Of a DNA stretch of 32,000 nt, positions 1-9,744 are shown one piece after another. This DNA comes from Haloferax volcanii DS2 (GTDB taxonomy: Archaea; Halobacteriota; Halobacteria; Halobacteriales; Haloferacaceae): contig NC_013966.1 of NCBI RefSeq assembly GCF_000025685.1, positions 480,001-512,000 of the forward strand, in the 5' to 3' direction. A program made the position numbers and the translations under genes. Within the stretch, counting starts at the first letter, position 1; every line of letters starts with the position of its first letter. The notes below the pieces were generated by a model. It saw nothing but the letters and a program-made list of their open reading frames with translations, made no database searches and was not told the DNA's origin.

Positions 1-142
1 AACCCGGTAAAGCGGACATTTTGTATTCCTCTCGATTACCAGCGACCGTGTGGCACGACGCTTGGCGCGCCCTGAGACACCCCCGACGCAGTCGGTTCCG
101 GATTCCCCTCACTCTTAATGTCCCGGTTCGTGTGCCTCGTCT

Positions 143-1030
143 ATGGACCGCGACCGACTCCTCGCCGCCGCCCCGCTTCTCGCGGCGAGCATCTGGGGCG
201 GGATGTACGTCGTCAGCAAGTGGGGGTTCCGGTCGATACCGCCGCTGACGCTCGCGTTCCTCAGAATCGCACTCGGTGCGGGCGTCCTCTACATCGCCGT
301 GCGGGCGACCACGCCCGCACGGTCGTTCGACCGAAGCGAGTGGCGACGGTTCGCGGCACTCGCCGTCTGGCTGACCGCGGCGCTTTCGACCCAGTTCGTG
401 GGAACCGATTTGACGAACGCGAGTCAGGGCTCGTTGCTGACCGTGTTGACTCCGGTGTTCATGCTCGTACTGGGGGTAACAGCGCTCGGCGAGCATCTCA
501 CGCGCCGGAAATCGCTCGGGACGGCGCTCGCAACGGTCGGGACGCTCGTCGTCCTCTCGGGGCAGTACGACGCGGCCGCGCTCGCCGGCGGGAGCGTCTC
601 GGGCGTCGCGTTACTCCTGTTTTCGTCGCTCTGTTTCGCCGCGTTTTCCGTGTTCGCAAAGCCGCTCATCCGGCGGTACTCGGCGCTCGAAACCGCGACG
701 TACGCAACGGTGCTGTCGGTACCGCTGTTCGGCGCGTTGGTCCCGGTGGAGTTCTATCTCGACCCGGCGGCGTTCGGTTCGATTTCGCCCTCGCTTCCGG
801 TCGTGGGCGCGGTGCTCTACCTCGGCCTCTTGAGCACCGCGGCCGCGTGGTACTGCTGGTACAAAGGAATGGAGTACGCGGACGCGAGCGCCGTCGGCGT
901 CTTCTTCTTCGCTCAGCCGGTCGTCGGCATCCTGCTCGGGGCCGTCTTCCTGCGCGAACCGGTCGGCCTCGAACTCCTCGGCGGGGGCGCTGTTCTCGCT
1001 GTCGGAGTCCTTCTCGTGAACACGGACTGA
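143..1030 (+). CDS. EamA/DMT-superfamily permease (drug/metabolite transporter)
   Basis: The 295-aa product is hydrophobic with about 10 TM segments arranged as two EamA-like halves (PLLAASIWGGMYVVSK..., YLGLLSTAAAWYCWYKGMEY). A TATA-like CTCTTAATG lies about 28 nt upstream of the ATG. Confidence 0.8.
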   Translation: MDRDRLLAAAPLLAASIWGGMYVVSKWGFRSIPPLTLAFLRIALGAGVLYIAVRATTPARSFDRSEWRRFAALAVWLTAALSTQFVGTDLTNASQGSLLTVLTPVFMLVLGVTALGEHLTRRKSLGTALATVGTLVVLSGQYDAAALAGGSVSGVALLLFSSLCFAAFSVFAKPLIRRYSALETATYATVLSVPLFGALVPVEFYLDPAAFGSISPSLPVVGAVLYLGLLSTAAAWYCWYKGMEYADASAVGVFFFAQPVVGILLGAVFLREPVGLELLGGGAVLAVGVLLVNTD

Positions 1031-1087
1031 CGGGGCGTCGTCGCGTCGGCCGAGCCCGGAGCCGGCCGATGTGACGGCGTTCGCCGG

Positions 1088-1270
1088 CTACTCTTCCAGT
1101 TGCGACTCGGCGAACGAGACGGCGAAGTGGTCGCGCATCTCGCGGCGAAGCATCTCGCTCATCACCTCGTAGACGACCGGTTGCGGGTACTTCTCCAGCA
1201 GCGCGGCGAGTTCGACGGCGCAGTCGGACTTCAGGGCGGCGAATTCGGCGGTCCACGGTGGGTTGCTCAT
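1088..1270 (-). CDS. small acidic hypothetical protein (60 aa)
   Basis: I chose the internal ATG at 1270 (MSNPPWTAEF...) over the track start at 1327. A TATA-like TTCATAACTA sits about 27 nt upstream on the minus strand. Composition is acidic and host-like, and I recognise no family. Confidence 0.5.
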   Translation of the reverse strand: MSNPPWTAEFAALKSDCAVELAALLEKYPQPVVYEVMSEMLRREMRDHFAVSFAESQLEE

Positions 1271-1376
1271 TACCCGCACAACCTCTCCCGCGTAGTTATG
1301 AATTTTGATTGAAACAAACGGAGACAATCGACGGCCTCTGTCGCGTCACTCACCGAAAAATGTGCCGTGCGTTCGG

Positions 1377-1436
1377 GAGGGTGCCGGTTTGGCGGGGCGA
1401 ACTCGCCTCGCCGGATGCCCTCGGTCGGGCACCCTC
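1377..1436. repeat. nested inverted repeat / hairpin in the sod 3' region
   Basis: A perfect 9-bp outer stem pairs GAGGGTGCC (1377-1385) with GGCACCCTC (1428-1436). It encloses an 8-bp inner hairpin, GGCGGGGC (1391-1398) with GCCTCGCC (1405-1412), which has one G-U pair and a 6-nt loop. Confidence 0.5.
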
Positions 1437-1491
1437 TCACGGTAACCTGTGGTCGCGCGGGAAGCGCGTGGTTCGGCTGCGCTACGCTGCG

Positions 1492-2094
1492 TTACTCGAA
1501 GAGTTCGACGGCCTGCTCGTAGCGAGCGGCGGGTTCGTCCCAGTCGACGACCTCGAAGAACGCGGAGACGAAGTCGCCGCGGGCCGGGCCGTAGTCGTGG
1601 TAGTACGAGTGCTCCCAGACGTCCAGCGCGAGGATGGGATGGCTACCCCAGAGCGCGCCCTGGTCGTGCTTGTCGACGACGACGTTCCGAAGCTGGTTCG
1701 AGAACGAGTCGTACACCAGAAGCGCCCAGCCGCCGGCCGCGCCGGCCGCCGCTTCGAATTCACCCTTCCACGCCTCGTAGGAACCGAAGTCCTCCGCGAT
1801 GCGCTCTGCGAGCGCACCCTCGGGCTCGTCGCCGCCTTCCGGCGACATGTTCTGCCAGAACAGGTCGTGCAGAATGTGTCCCGAGCCGTTGTGGGTGACG
1901 TTGCGGAGCGCGCCGGCGGACGAGCCGAACTCGCCTGCTTCGCGGTTCTCGGCGAGGGTCTCCTCGGCCGCGTTCCAGCCGTTGACGTAGCCCTGGTGGT
2001 GGGTGTCGTGATGCCACGTCAGCACCTGCTCGGAGATGTGCGGTTCGAGGGCGTCGTACTCGTACGGAAGCGGGTCGAGTTCGTAGTCTGACAT
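1492..2094 (-). CDS. sod: Fe/Mn superoxide dismutase
   Basis: The 200-aa product has the classic SOD motifs: LPYEYDALEPHISEQVLTWHHDTHHQGYV and DVWEHSYYHDYG (metal ligands H, H, D, H). It closely resembles known haloarchaeal Sod proteins. Confidence 0.97.
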   Translation of the reverse strand: MSDYELDPLPYEYDALEPHISEQVLTWHHDTHHQGYVNGWNAAEETLAENREAGEFGSSAGALRNVTHNGSGHILHDLFWQNMSPEGGDEPEGALAERIAEDFGSYEAWKGEFEAAAGAAGGWALLVYDSFSNQLRNVVVDKHDQGALWGSHPILALDVWEHSYYHDYGPARGDFVSAFFEVVDWDEPAARYEQAVELFE

Positions 2095-2201
2095 TGGTGT
2101 TCGCAGTTAGACCGAGGGACCGAACACACATGTACTTTCGCTGAACGCGATTTACGTAGTGAGTTTGATATGTATGGGTGCAAACACTCTCGGGCGCTCG
2201 C

Positions 2202-3197
2202 TCACGCCTCGGAACCAACTCTGGCGTCGTCGAGTTCGGCCTGTACTTCCCCCCACGACACCGGCGGTTCGAACGCGGCCAGCGTCTCTTCGAACGACTC
2301 GATTCGCGCCCCGTACTCGTCGGTCCACGACGGTCGGGCGAGTCCGTCGAGGCGCTCGCGGAGGCGCTGTACGCGGGCGCCGTGTTCGTCGAGGTCGGCG
2401 GCGGCCTCGTCGAGACCGTCAGTCGCCGCGTCCGACTCGGGAGCCAACTCCCGCAAGTCGTCGAGTTCGGCCCGTACGTCCTCGACCAACAGGGCGGAGA
2501 CGCGGGCGCGGAGCGCGGCGTTGCACCACTCGGTCGCGCGGTCGTCGTCAGCGCCCTCGGCGGCGTCGGCGCTGTCTTCGGAACTCTCCGCGTTGGCGAC
2601 GGCCTCAACCCGGCCGGCGAGTCCGTCGAGCGACTGTTCGAGGGCCGCCAAATCGCCGTCGAGTCCGCGCACGCGAACGTCGTGGTTCGAGAGCCATCGC
2701 TCGAACTCCTCGACGTCGAGTTGTATGTCGTCCGCGTGCGCGGTGAGCGCCTGCGCTTCGGACGCGACCTCGCGGAGTCCGAGCACGATGTCGTAGACGG
2801 ACCGAGGGTCGTCGCGCCAGTCGGTGAGTCCCTGTAACTCCTCGCCGAGCGATTCGACCCGTTCGGTCGCGTTCGTAACCTTCGCTTCGAACACGTCGAG
2901 ACGGGACCGGACGGCACCGACGGCCGCGTCGTCGCCGGCGGCCTCGCGGGCGTCGTCGAGGTCGATAGACGCGAGTTCGACGCGCGTCTCCGCGGTCGAC
3001 AGAATCATCGACGTGTCCGTGGCCGCCGAATCGACGCCGTCGGCCGTCACCGCGCCGTCTTCGGTCACGTGACTGAGGACCGCCCGAACGGTGTCGGGGT
3101 CCCGGGACTCGTCCGCGTCCACGACGCGGTCGGCTGCGTCAGATTTAGACAGACCGATGATACGTTCGGAGCCTGTGGTTCCGTCCTGCTGAGCCAT
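2202..3197 (-). CDS. acidic coiled-coil protein, function unknown
   Basis: The 331-aa product is Asp/Glu/Ala/Leu-rich with heptad-like stretches. On the minus strand, AAAATATAA (3222-3230) lies about 27 nt upstream of the ATG at 3197, which fits a leaderless start. I cannot name a catalytic family. Confidence 0.7.
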   Translation of the reverse strand: MAQQDGTTGSERIIGLSKSDAADRVVDADESRDPDTVRAVLSHVTEDGAVTADGVDSAATDTSMILSTAETRVELASIDLDDAREAAGDDAAVGAVRSRLDVFEAKVTNATERVESLGEELQGLTDWRDDPRSVYDIVLGLREVASEAQALTAHADDIQLDVEEFERWLSNHDVRVRGLDGDLAALEQSLDGLAGRVEAVANAESSEDSADAAEGADDDRATEWCNAALRARVSALLVEDVRAELDDLRELAPESDAATDGLDEAAADLDEHGARVQRLRERLDGLARPSWTDEYGARIESFEETLAAFEPPVSWGEVQAELDDARVGSEA

Positions 3198-3221
3198 CGT
3201 CCGTACGTATCTCGTCGCCCG

Positions 3222-3230
3222 TTATATTTT
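3222..3230 (-). promoter_or_regulatory. TATA-box candidate for the 2202-3197 gene
   Basis: The minus-strand sequence AAAATATAA is centred about 29 nt upstream of the ATG at 3197. Confidence 0.4.
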
Positions 3231-3340
3231 CTGTCGTCTCGATTACGTTCGGGTATATAGTTCTACGTACTGATGTGTGCGCTAATATCGAACTATTTCG
3301 CCTCTTAGTGTTACGGTGAACTCTGATAGAACTAAACCGG

Positions 3341-3365
3341 TATTATAAACGCATTTTATTTAAAA
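3341..3365 (+). promoter_or_regulatory. pst operon promoter region with two TATA-like boxes
   Basis: TATTATAAAC (3341-3350) and TTTTATTTAAAA (3354-3365) lie immediately upstream of the pstS start (3380 or 3383). AAACCGG direct repeats flank them at 3334-3340 and 3363-3369. Confidence 0.45.
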
Positions 3366-3382
3366 CCGGGTCAGTCCACGTG

Positions 3383-4573
3383 ATGGCGCAAGATTCCAAG
3401 AAGTTGGCAGGCAGCGTATCACGTCGGCAGTTCCTCGTCGCGTCGAGCGCGGCGGGCGTCGCGGGGCTCGCCGGTTGTTCGGGGCAGTCGAACCCCGAGG
3501 CCGACGCGCCGGCGACCGAAGAAGAAGAGACGGACGCTCCGGAGACCACGACCTCGACCCCCGAGGAGACGACCGAATCGAGCGCGCCGCAGATGCTCAC
3601 CGCCGAGGGCTCCTCGACGGTGTATCCCATCGCGAACAAGGGGAGTTCCTACTGGAACTCCAACGCGCCGCCGAGCGACGGCGAGTACTGGGGTTCGACC
3701 GACGAGGCGACCGTCCCCGGCTGGGACGAGATTGAGACTGACCTTCGTCTGGCCGACTACTTCGCGAGCCTCTACGGCTTCGAGCCGACCGATACGCAGG
3801 CGAACCCGCCGTTCGCCACCAGCATCGGCCTGAGCCACTCCGGAACCGGCTGCAAGTCCGTCCGCGACGGCCTCGTCGACATCGGCAACTCCTCCGGCCC
3901 CATCACGGCCGAACTCGGCATCAGCGAGTCTAAGGCCGAGGAGAACTACGTGGACCACGTCGTCGGCCGCGACGGTCAGCCGGTCGTCGTGAGCAAGGAT
4001 ATCTACGACGCAGGCGTCACCCAGCTCACCGGCGATGAAGTCAAGCAGATCTACCAAGACGAGATCACGAACTGGAGCGAAGTCGGTGGCCCCGACCAGG
4101 AAATCTACGTGGTCGGCCGCGCGGAGGGCTCCGGAACGGACACCTCGTTCCGCCTCAACATGCTCGGGAGCGCCGACGCCTCGATGGAGGGCGTCGACAC
4201 CCGTAAGGGGCAGAACCAGCAGGTTGCGACGGTCGTCCAGCAGAACTCGGGCGCCATCGCATACATGGCTCTCGCCTTCACCGGCCCGCAGGTCCTACCC
4301 ATCGGTATCGAATTCGAGGGCACGCTCTACGAGCCCGACAAGGACGCCGAACACACCATCTTCGACAGCGACTACCCGCTGAACCGCGACCTCCACCAGT
4401 ACACGACCATCACGGAGGACACGCCGAGCGGGACGGACATGCGCGAGGCCGCCTTCATCAACATGTTCCTCACGACGTTCGGTCAGAAGCTCTTCGTCGA
4501 GGACAACAACTACATCCCGCTTCCGACGAAGGACATCGAGTCCCAGAAGAGCAAGCTTCCGAGCCAAGCGTAA
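3383..4573 (+). CDS. pstS: phosphate ABC transporter substrate-binding lipoprotein PstS
   Basis: A twin-arginine signal plus lipobox is present (SRRQFLVASSAAGVAGLAGCSG), followed by an acidic Thr/Glu linker and a PBP-like PstS body (GSSTVYPI, GSGT). It is the first gene of a pstSCAB cluster. The start is either ATG 3383 or the adjacent GTG 3380. Confidence 0.93.
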   Translation: MAQDSKKLAGSVSRRQFLVASSAAGVAGLAGCSGQSNPEADAPATEEEETDAPETTTSTPEETTESSAPQMLTAEGSSTVYPIANKGSSYWNSNAPPSDGEYWGSTDEATVPGWDEIETDLRLADYFASLYGFEPTDTQANPPFATSIGLSHSGTGCKSVRDGLVDIGNSSGPITAELGISESKAEENYVDHVVGRDGQPVVVSKDIYDAGVTQLTGDEVKQIYQDEITNWSEVGGPDQEIYVVGRAEGSGTDTSFRLNMLGSADASMEGVDTRKGQNQQVATVVQQNSGAIAYMALAFTGPQVLPIGIEFEGTLYEPDKDAEHTIFDSDYPLNRDLHQYTTITEDTPSGTDMREAAFINMFLTTFGQKLFVEDNNYIPLPTKDIESQKSKLPSQA

Positions 4574-4635
4574 CGCGACTCGGACGCGGTAGCGGTTCCT
4601 GAACCTCGTTCTTTCCATTCATCGACGCTCCAATC

Positions 4636-5769
4636 ATGAACGTACTTCCAAACTCCGACGGTGCCGGCCTCCGAGCGGCGGCTCGGCGAGGGCTCCGGCG
4701 CGGTCGCGACTTCGTCGACGAGACGCCGCCTGACGCGCTCGTCACGGTCACGGTCGCGGCGGTGTCGCTCCTCGCGGCGTTCGCGGGCTTTCTGGCCGTC
4801 TCCTCGCTGACGGCTATCCCGTTCGCGGTGTTCCTCGTCGCGACGGGCTACGGCTGGCTCAGACACCAAGAATTGACAGCGCGCGTGCTCACGCTGACGA
4901 CGACGGTCTCGACCATCCTCGTCCTCGGGCTCATTCTCGTCTTCATCTTCGCGGAGGCGTGGCCGACCGTGCAGTACGCGACCGTGAACGTCTTCGGCGT
5001 GCCGATTCCGGGCCTGCGACTCTTCATCGAGACGCGCTGGAGTCCGGTGACGCCGCCGATTCAGTACTCGCTCGTCCCGATGATTCACGGGACGGTGCTC
5101 GTCACAATCATCGCGACGGCGGTCGCCGCCCCGCTGGGCGTGGCCGCGGCGCTCTTCCTCAGCGAAATCGCCCCGCGGACCGTCCGCGAACTCGTCAAAC
5201 CGGGGGTCGAGATTCTGGCGGGCATCCCTTCCATCGTCTACGGTTTCATCGGCTTTACCATCCTCAGCCCGTGGGCGGCCGACCAGTTCGACATCGTCGG
5301 GCAGGGCACGTACCTGTTCGTCGGCATCGTCGTCGGCCTGATGGCGCTCCCGACGGTCGTCTCGGTCGCCGAAGACGCGCTCAACAGCGTCCCCGAGTCG
5401 ATGAAAAGCGGGTCGCTCGCTCTCGGCACGACCGACTGGCAGACGATGACCTCCATCACGTTGCCGGCGGCGTTCTCGGGCGTCTCGGCCGCGGTCCTCC
5501 TCGGCGTGGGCCGCGCCATCGGCGAGACGATGGCGGCCACCGTGATGCTCCGCGGCAGTCCGGGCCTCACGAAGCCGCTGTACAACGTCTTCTACGGTAA
5601 CGCCACGCTCACGTCGCTCATCGCGGCGAACTACGGCGACGCCGACGGCCTCCAGCTCTCGGCGCTGTTCGTCGCGGGCGTCATCCTGTTCGTCACGGTG
5701 CTGTTCCTCAGCATCGGCTCGCAGTACATCGAGGCGCGCATGCGCCGGAAGCTCGGAGGTGCCGAATAA
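4636..5769 (+). CDS. pstC: phosphate ABC transporter permease PstC
   Basis: This is a multi-TM BPD-type permease with an EAA-loop region (VAEDALNSVPESMKSGSLALGTTDWQT). It sits between pstS and pstA. Confidence 0.93.
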   Translation: MNVLPNSDGAGLRAAARRGLRRGRDFVDETPPDALVTVTVAAVSLLAAFAGFLAVSSLTAIPFAVFLVATGYGWLRHQELTARVLTLTTTVSTILVLGLILVFIFAEAWPTVQYATVNVFGVPIPGLRLFIETRWSPVTPPIQYSLVPMIHGTVLVTIIATAVAAPLGVAAALFLSEIAPRTVRELVKPGVEILAGIPSIVYGFIGFTILSPWAADQFDIVGQGTYLFVGIVVGLMALPTVVSVAEDALNSVPESMKSGSLALGTTDWQTMTSITLPAAFSGVSAAVLLGVGRAIGETMAATVMLRGSPGLTKPLYNVFYGNATLTSLIAANYGDADGLQLSALFVAGVILFVTVLFLSIGSQYIEARMRRKLGGAE

Positions 5770-7391
5770 TGGCGGGCGCGACCGACACCGCGCTCGTCAG
5801 CGAGGACACCTCCGAAACAGAAGCGGTCGCCGCCGGCGCGGTGGGACTGGCGGCGGTGCTGTTCGCCCTCTCGCTCGCGTCGGTGTTCGAACTCGTGACC
5901 ATCACCGACCCCGTCGCGGGCGTGCCGATGGTCGCGCTCCTCGGCGGATTGTTGGTCGTTCTCGGCTTCGCCGTCGTCACCTTCGGCGTCGGCTCCCGAC
6001 TCGGCTACGTCGCCACCGACCCCAGACCGACCGCCGGACTTCTCGCCTCCGGGACGTTCGGCCTCATCTGGTTCGTCGTCGGCGGACTGGTCGCCTCGCA
6101 GACGCTCGGGCTCGGGACGGCCGGGTGGGTCGTCGCGTCGCTCGTCACCGGCGGGGCCGCGTTCGCGGTGAGCGCGCTCCCCCGCGAGGACATCGGCTCG
6201 ACGCTCCCCGCCGGCGCGCTGGCCGTCTTCGCCGGCGTCGTCTTCCTCACCGGCGTCATCGGCCCATCGTGGCTCTGGGACCTCGGCTGGGAACAGCAGG
6301 CGTCGTTCAACGCCGAGTTCACGATTCCGGTCCTGACGGCGTTCTGTTCCCTGCTCGTCGGCTGGGCCGCCGCGAAGGCCTACGGCGGGTTCGGTGCGCG
6401 CGGCCGCCACATCGGCGCGTACGTCCTCGTCTACCTGAACGCCATCTCCATCATCGCGCTGCTGTTCCTCCTCGTCGCGTTCACGGTCCTGAAGGGCCTG
6501 CCGGGGCTGTTCAAGGGCCTCGCGTTCGGCGCGGGTGCGGGTCCCGAAGTGACGCTCGTCGGCGTGACCTTCTCGCTTCCCGTCTCGTGGCCGTTCGTGA
6601 TGAACGGCGTCGCGCTCCTCAACGACGTGAACGGCGTCCTTCCGGCTATCGTGGGCACGATTTGGCTCGTCGTCGGCGCGGTGCTGTTCGCCGTTCCCCT
6701 CGGTATCGGCGCGGCAGTCTTCATCACCGAGTACGCTGACCGCGGGCGCTTCACGCAGGTCGTCGAAATCGCAACTAACGGTCTGTGGAGCACTCCCAGC
6801 ATCGTCTTCGGGCTGTTCGGACTGACGTTCCTCGTCCCTCGGCTCGGCAACCAGAAGTCGCTGCTCGCGGGGATGCTCACGCTCGGCTTCATGCTCTTGC
6901 CCCTCGTCGTCATCACGAGTCGGGAGTCGATGCTGGCGGTCCCCGACGAGTACCGCGACGCGAGCGCGGCCCTCGGCGTCACGAAGTGGCAGACCGTTCG
7001 GAGCATCGTCCTCCCGGCGGCGCTCCCGGGCATCGTCACGGGTATCATCCTCGGGGTCGGCCGCATCGCCGGCGAGACCGCGCCGATTCTCCTGACCATG
7101 TCGGGGGGCGTCGCCCCGCCGGGCAGCCAGACGGTCGACGTGCTCGGCGGCTTCCAGCTCCAGTACGCGCCGCCGTTCGTCACCAACCCCGAACTGATGC
7201 AGGCGACCTCGGCGCTTCCGTATCAGCTCTACTCGCTTATCACCGCGGGCGTCGGGCAGTCGTCGAACATCGGCGCTATCGACGAGTTCCGGTGGGCGAC
7301 GGCGCTCATCCTGCTCGTGGTCGTCTTGGGCTTCTACGCGGTCGGCATCGCGACGCGGTACTACTTCCGGAGTAAATTGCAGCACGAGTAA
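5769..7391 (+). CDS. pstA: phosphate ABC transporter permease PstA (with long extra N-terminal TM region)
   Basis: The C-terminal ~300 aa are PstA-like ([39 protein letters not shown]). The start overlaps the pstC stop by one nucleotide (TAATG). The N-terminal ~210 aa form additional TM helices. Confidence 0.9.
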   Translation: MAGATDTALVSEDTSETEAVAAGAVGLAAVLFALSLASVFELVTITDPVAGVPMVALLGGLLVVLGFAVVTFGVGSRLGYVATDPRPTAGLLASGTFGLIWFVVGGLVASQTLGLGTAGWVVASLVTGGAAFAVSALPREDIGSTLPAGALAVFAGVVFLTGVIGPSWLWDLGWEQQASFNAEFTIPVLTAFCSLLVGWAAAKAYGGFGARGRHIGAYVLVYLNAISIIALLFLLVAFTVLKGLPGLFKGLAFGAGAGPEVTLVGVTFSLPVSWPFVMNGVALLNDVNGVLPAIVGTIWLVVGAVLFAVPLGIGAAVFITEYADRGRFTQVVEIATNGLWSTPSIVFGLFGLTFLVPRLGNQKSLLAGMLTLGFMLLPLVVITSRESMLAVPDEYRDASAALGVTKWQTVRSIVLPAALPGIVTGIILGVGRIAGETAPILLTMSGGVAPPGSQTVDVLGGFQLQYAPPFVTNPELMQATSALPYQLYSLITAGVGQSSNIGAIDEFRWATALILLVVVLGFYAVGIATRYYFRSKLQHE

Positions 7392-7393
7392 CC

Positions 7394-8347
7394 ATGAGTG
7401 AAACTAGACAGACGACGGACGACGGACAGACGACGGACAGCGAACTCGCCGGCGGCGCGAGCGCGAGCCCCGGCACCGACCAGCCGCTCGAAGTCACGAG
7501 CGGTGAGACGCGCGAGCGGACCCGCGAGGAGTGGGTCGAACACGAGTTCGAGGGCGACGCGAAGCTCTCGGTCTCCGACCTCGACGTCTACTACGGCGAC
7601 GACCACGCGCTGAATGGCGTCTCCATGGAGATTCCCGAAAACAGCGTCACGGCGCTCATCGGCCCTTCGGGCTGCGGGAAATCGACGTTTCTGCGGTGTC
7701 TCAACCGGATGAACGACCGCATCAAGGCCGCGCGCATCGACGGCTCGGTCCGGCTCGAAGGCGAGGAGATCTACCAGGAGGGCATCAACCTCGTGGAACT
7801 GCGCAAGCGCGTCGGTATGGTGTTCCAGTCACCGAACCCGTTCCCGAAGAGCATCGCGGACAACATCTCATACGGGCCGCGGAAACACGGCGACCTCGAC
7901 ACTGGCCTGCTCGCCAACCTGCTCGGCCGGAGCGACGACGACGCGGTCGATGAACTCGTCGAACGCTCCCTGCGGCAGGCGGCGCTGTGGGACGAGGTGC
8001 AGGACCGCCTCGACGACAACGCGCTCGGGCTCTCCGGCGGCCAGCAACAGCGGCTCTGCATCGCCCGCGCGTTGGCGACCGACCCCGAGGTGCTCCTCAT
8101 GGACGAGCCCGCGTCGGCGCTCGACCCCATCGCGACCTCGAAAATCGAGGACCTCGTCCACGACCTCGCGGAGGAGTACACGGTTGTCATCGTCACCCAC
8201 AACATGCAGCAGGCGGCGCGCATCTCGGACCAGACGGCGGTGTTCCTCACCGGCGGCAAACTCGTCGAGTACGGCGACACCGACCAGGTGTTCGAGGACC
8301 CCCAGAGCCAGCGCGTCGAGGACTACATCAGCGGCAAGTTCGGGTAA
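7394..8347 (+). CDS. pstB: phosphate ABC transporter ATP-binding protein PstB
   Basis: It has Walker A (GPSGCGKST), the ABC signature (LSGGQQQRL) and Walker B (LLMDEP), plus PstB-specific context ([13 protein letters not shown]). There is an acidic N-terminal extension of about 55 aa. Confidence 0.96.
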   Translation: MSETRQTTDDGQTTDSELAGGASASPGTDQPLEVTSGETRERTREEWVEHEFEGDAKLSVSDLDVYYGDDHALNGVSMEIPENSVTALIGPSGCGKSTFLRCLNRMNDRIKAARIDGSVRLEGEEIYQEGINLVELRKRVGMVFQSPNPFPKSIADNISYGPRKHGDLDTGLLANLLGRSDDDAVDELVERSLRQAALWDEVQDRLDDNALGLSGGQQQRLCIARALATDPEVLLMDEPASALDPIATSKIEDLVHDLAEEYTVVIVTHNMQQAARISDQTAVFLTGGKLVEYGDTDQVFEDPQSQRVEDYISGKFG

Positions 8348-8576
8348 CGGTCGGGTTCGACCCCGAGCCGACGCCGACCCATGCCGAGCGTCCCCGCGCT
8401 GACGACGCCGACTTCGACTTCCCGACGTGGCGACGGTTCTCGACGACCTGCGGCCGTCGAAGCCGGACAGTCGGCGGCGACGCTCGCTTTTCGTCAGTCG
8501 AATCACCCGCCGAGTCGGGGGCGGCGTCACCGCGGAACTGGCACGCAGACAACACGATTTCAGACACGCCAACACA

Positions 8577-9689
8577 ATGGAGACACGCAAGATACAGCAG
8601 GTCAGCAACGGGACGTTCACCGTCTCGCTCCCCAGAGAGTGGGCGGACGGCGAGGGCATCACCGCCGGTACCGTCGTCGACCTCCACACGCACCTCGACG
8701 GGATGCTCGTCATACAGGCACCCGAGTGCGAGGACGACGCGTCGATGCAGTTCACGGTGACCGTCGACGGCGGGGACGGGGACGGGGGCGGCGGGGACGG
8801 CGGAGACGATTCCGCCGGTGACGGTCTCGAACAGACGCTCCGGGCGGCCTACGCCGCCGGGTCGAAACAGGTCGTCGTCGAGGCCGACGGGACGTTCGAC
8901 GCCGCACAGCGACAGGCCGTCAGACGGGTCGCCCGCAACCTCGTCGGCGTGACCATCACGGAGGAGTCGGACGCGTCCGTCACGGTTCGGAACGTCCTCG
9001 ACGCGAACGAGGTCTCCATCCGCCAGTCGGTCCGACAGCTCCAGTTCGTCGCCGTCTCGATGCACCGCGACGCGACCGCCGCGCTCACCGGTGCCGCCCC
9101 GCTCGACGGGTTCGCGGAGCGCGACGACCGCGCCGACCGCCTCTTTGCGATGGTCGACCGGCACTTCACCCGCGGGCTCGACCGCCTCGACGAGGTGGAC
9201 GCCCTCGGCGAGACGCGCCCGGAGCTGTTCCGCCTCCACACCGCGGCCCGCGAGTTAGAGCGCGTGGCCGACCAGGCCGAGCGAATCGCCGCCGTCGCGT
9301 CGGCGGTCCCCGACCCGCTGCCCCCCGCGGTCGCCGACGAGGTGTCCGAACTCGCCGAGGTCGTCCCCGAGGCGCTCGACGACGCGGTGCAGGTCGCGCT
9401 CGACGGCGAGGACCCCGACGCGGCGCGGGAGGCGCTGTCGGCGCGGGACCGGGTCCGCGAGGGCGTCGGGAAGGTCGAGCGACGGCTGTTTGAGGAGGCG
9501 GACCCGGACGTCGACGTTGACCACCGATTCGCCCACGCGCTCCACGCGCTCGAACGGACGGCCGAACACGTCGGCAACGTCGCTGAGGTCGGTCTCCGGA
9601 CCGCGGTCCGTACGCACAACATGGACGAGCGACCGACCCGCGAGAACGGGAGCGAAAGCGAGTCCGCGGAACACTCCCAGCGCGCTTGA
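8577..9689 (+). CDS. phoU: AbrB/SpoVT-domain plus PhoU-domain phosphate uptake regulator
   Basis: From the ATG at 8577, METRKIQQVSNGTFTVSLPREWADGEGI is a SpoVT/AbrB swapped-hairpin motif. It is followed by two PhoU-like helical repeats, and the gene sits directly downstream of pstB. The 50 codons upstream in the track ORF are Arg-rich and look non-coding. Confidence 0.85.
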   Translation: METRKIQQVSNGTFTVSLPREWADGEGITAGTVVDLHTHLDGMLVIQAPECEDDASMQFTVTVDGGDGDGGGGDGGDDSAGDGLEQTLRAAYAAGSKQVVVEADGTFDAAQRQAVRRVARNLVGVTITEESDASVTVRNVLDANEVSIRQSVRQLQFVAVSMHRDATAALTGAAPLDGFAERDDRADRLFAMVDRHFTRGLDRLDEVDALGETRPELFRLHTAARELERVADQAERIAAVASAVPDPLPPAVADEVSELAEVVPEALDDAVQVALDGEDPDAAREALSARDRVREGVGKVERRLFEEADPDVDVDHRFAHALHALERTAEHVGNVAEVGLRTAVRTHNMDERPTRENGSESESAEHSQRA

Positions 9690-9744
9690 CGGTTCAGTGT
9701 CCAATCCACGGGACGATTCGGGGCGGCCGCGGGAAAGAGCGCGC

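Noticed and set aside
5631-7385. 584-aa minus-strand ORF antisense to pstC/pstA
   Set aside because: The composition is Arg/Asp/Glu/Pro low-complexity, and the ORF is fully overlapped by two permease genes with clear family motifs. This is a typical alternative-frame artefact of about 65% GC DNA.
7409-7438. Direct repeat CAGACGACGGAC occurring twice (7409-7420 and 7427-7438)
   Set aside because: It lies inside the pstB N-terminal acidic extension and simply encodes QTTD..QTTD low complexity. There is no sign of independent function.
8348-8576. Several 140-257-aa ORFs across the pstB-phoU spacer and phoU 5' region
   Set aside because: All are Arg-rich alternative frames. The AbrB motif begins exactly at the ATG at 8577.
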